Origin: Alistipes sp. | GTDB lineage: Bacteria; Bacteroidota; Bacteroidia; Bacteroidales; Rikenellaceae | Direction: 5' to 3' | Assembly (NCBI GenBank): GCA_036650515.1 | Contig: JAVVZO010000001.1 | Span: forward strand, 39,189 to 103,188 | Length of the DNA stretch: 64,000 bases | Part shown: in pieces, positions 62,518 to 64,000 of the stretch | Layout: every line of letters starts with the position of its first letter | Position numbering within the stretch: position 1 is the first letter of the stretch | Made by a program: the position numbers and the translations under genes | Notes under the pieces: model-generated | Told to the model about the DNA's origin: nothing | Database searches by the model: none | The model's input: the letters and a program-made list of their open reading frames with translations, nothing else

Positions 62518-62659
62518 ACCACAAATATACAAAAAAATGGAAGCTCTACGCTGTTGCACCTATTTATATATAGGGACGATGTAGCCTTTGAAAGTTTTTC
62601 GGACGAATTCTATCAAGGGTGCTTACATTCAAATGATGAAAAGTGTGCCACTGGCCGAT

Positions 62660-62851
62660 CTATGGGTGCCTATTTTTCTTAAAACCCTGAATACTGTTGA
62701 TTATCCCCAGCCCCGAAGAGAGTGCTACTAACCAAAAAGTTAATTGGATAGTGACTGGCGTTGGATCGTCAGATATGAAATATAGACAACTCAAACTGCA
62801 TATAGCCACTATAAAGAGAACTATATGAAGGACAAATAATAATTTTTGCAT
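62660..62851 (-). CDS. Small two-TM hypothetical protein
   Basis: 63 aa with two hydrophobic helices and a basic tail; fills the gap between GT9 and xerC. Confidence 0.5.
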   Translation of the reverse strand: MQKLLFVLHIVLFIVAICSLSCLYFISDDPTPVTIQLTFWLVALSSGLGIINSIQGFKKNRHP

Positions 62852-62920
62852 ACACCCTTTCTTTGAATGAAAAAATGCGAGAATTTGCTTTGGGTTAGTG
62901 CTCTCTTTTGCAGAAAATCA

Positions 62921-63952
62921 TCAACCGCGAATAATGGTTGCCACGCGGGAGACAATTTCTGCCGGAGCTATATCGGAAAGACAGTGGTAATCGCCAAACT
63001 TGCAAGGTTTTTTCCCATAGACAGAGCATGGACGACAGGGTAGCCCTTCTTGCTGAACAACGCCCTTTGCATCGCAGCCATAGCCCATAAAGCCAAGGAT
63101 CGGGTGAGTCGCACCCCAAACAGAGACAACGGGGGTGGCCGTCAGCGAAGCCAAGTGCATGACCAGTGAATCCATGGAGACCACACAATCCAAATTGGCA
63201 ATCAGATCCATCTCGTCGGCTAACTTGATGCGATTAAACAAGGTGGTCACATTCGGGTGTGTCCGTTCCATCTCCTGTGCAAAAGCGAGTTCCTCGTCAC
63301 CACCGCTATGGATAAAGATACGGTCATAACGACCACTCAATCCATCGACAACCTCCTTCATGAGCGGTAGCGGATAGATTTTCCCCTGCTGTGCCGAAAA
63401 GGGAGCTATTCCGATCCAAATACCCTTTTTCTCCCCCATCGGATTGGGGTGAGGAACTTTTATAGGCGGTTGCGGGTCGTCAAACACAAAACCCAACTGG
63501 CGAAAAGTATCGCAATAACGGATTACTGTCGGCTTCAGCGGTACGGCAAAAGAGGTGCTTGCACCACCCAAACGCATCCATTTTTCAAAATGGCCTTTTT
63601 TGATGTGTGTTGAGCGCACGCCATATAACCGCAAGGCTTGGCGGAAAAACTGAGAACGTAACACATCATGTACATCAGCCAATGCATCCACACCCAAATC
63701 ACGCGCTGCCGTAGCCAACTGCAACAGTCCCATTGGCCCTTTATGCGCATCTTGCGGCTCTATATAGAGAAAATCTACCGGAAGGCCGACAAAGAAAGGC
63801 GTAAATAACTGGCGGGTCATAACCGTCACCTTTAGATCAGGATAGGCCGTTAAAAGTGCTCGTAGGGCGTGGGGCAACATAGCCACATCGCCCATTGCGG
63901 AGGCGCGTAAAACCAGCAGATGGTGTGGGAGATCTTTATTTTTTAGAAGCAT
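62921..63952 (-). CDS. Glycosyltransferase family 9 (heptosyltransferase-like)
   Basis: LRASAMGD, GIAPFSA..GK.YP, MDS..MHLA and RPCSVYG motifs. Confidence 0.9.
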   Translation of the reverse strand: MLLKNKDLPHHLLVLRASAMGDVAMLPHALRALLTAYPDLKVTVMTRQLFTPFFVGLPVDFLYIEPQDAHKGPMGLLQLATAARDLGVDALADVHDVLRSQFFRQALRLYGVRSTHIKKGHFEKWMRLGGASTSFAVPLKPTVIRYCDTFRQLGFVFDDPQPPIKVPHPNPMGEKKGIWIGIAPFSAQQGKIYPLPLMKEVVDGLSGRYDRIFIHSGGDEELAFAQEMERTHPNVTTLFNRIKLADEMDLIANLDCVVSMDSLVMHLASLTATPVVSVWGATHPILGFMGYGCDAKGVVQQEGLPCRPCSVYGKKPCKFGDYHCLSDIAPAEIVSRVATIIRG

Positions 63953-63998
63953 AGAGTACCGGATTAAGCGCCGGATCGTTATACATCTTCATTTGTTT
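63936..63998 (-). CDS. C-terminal end of a DUF4254-like protein (partial)
   Basis: Translated by hand: ...KQMKMYNDPALNPVLYASKK*. This tail is typical of the gene preceding GT9 in Bacteroidota. Confidence 0.65.
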   Translation of the reverse strand, partial: KQMKMYNDPALNPVLYASKK

Positions 63999-64000
63999 GT

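Noticed and set aside
61594-62559. Tyrosine recombinase as the integrase of a mobile element
   Set aside because: It is XerC-like in size and context (next to hpf), with no att sites or cargo.
1-64000. CRISPR arrays, tRNA or rRNA genes, IS transposases
   Set aside because: I saw no regularly spaced repeats, cloverleaf signatures, rRNA motifs or transposase ORFs.

Overview
This window comes from a Bacteroidota chromosome, most likely Rikenellaceae/Alistipes-like (inferred from gene content, TAnnTTTG promoters and few Shine-Dalgarno motifs). It has four blocks. (1) 1-26.4 kb: housekeeping genes, mostly on the minus strand (topA partial, DUF4270, a glgA-like half enzyme, queA, truB, uppP, ftsX, yfhO-like, a polyprenyl synthase, an MFS sugar transporter, fbp, a long RSH, hemolysin-III-like, menA, xseA/xseB split by an AT-rich Fic gene, prfA, leuS). 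(2) 26.9-45.4 kb: the complete str-S10-spc-alpha ribosomal superoperon. It is interrupted between rpsN and rpsH by an unexplained ~580-bp non-coding insert, which folds by eye into a ~375-nt multi-helix RNA rich in GNRA tetraloops and is followed by an internal promoter. (3) 47.2-61.2 kb: a complete lysine-to-butyrate fermentation operon (atoD-kal-kce-kdd-kamABCDE-atoA-maoC-fabG-like-bcd-etfBA). It has a candidate cis-regulatory RNA in front of kamA and an apparently R-stereospecific reductase/dehydratase pair. (4) 61.3-64 kb: hpf, xerC, a small membrane ORF, a GT9 glycosyltransferase and a partial DUF4254 gene. I saw no tRNA, rRNA, CRISPR array or transposase. The best novelty candidate is the large structured RNA in the spc operon. 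All RNA folds were done by eye and are unvalidated.
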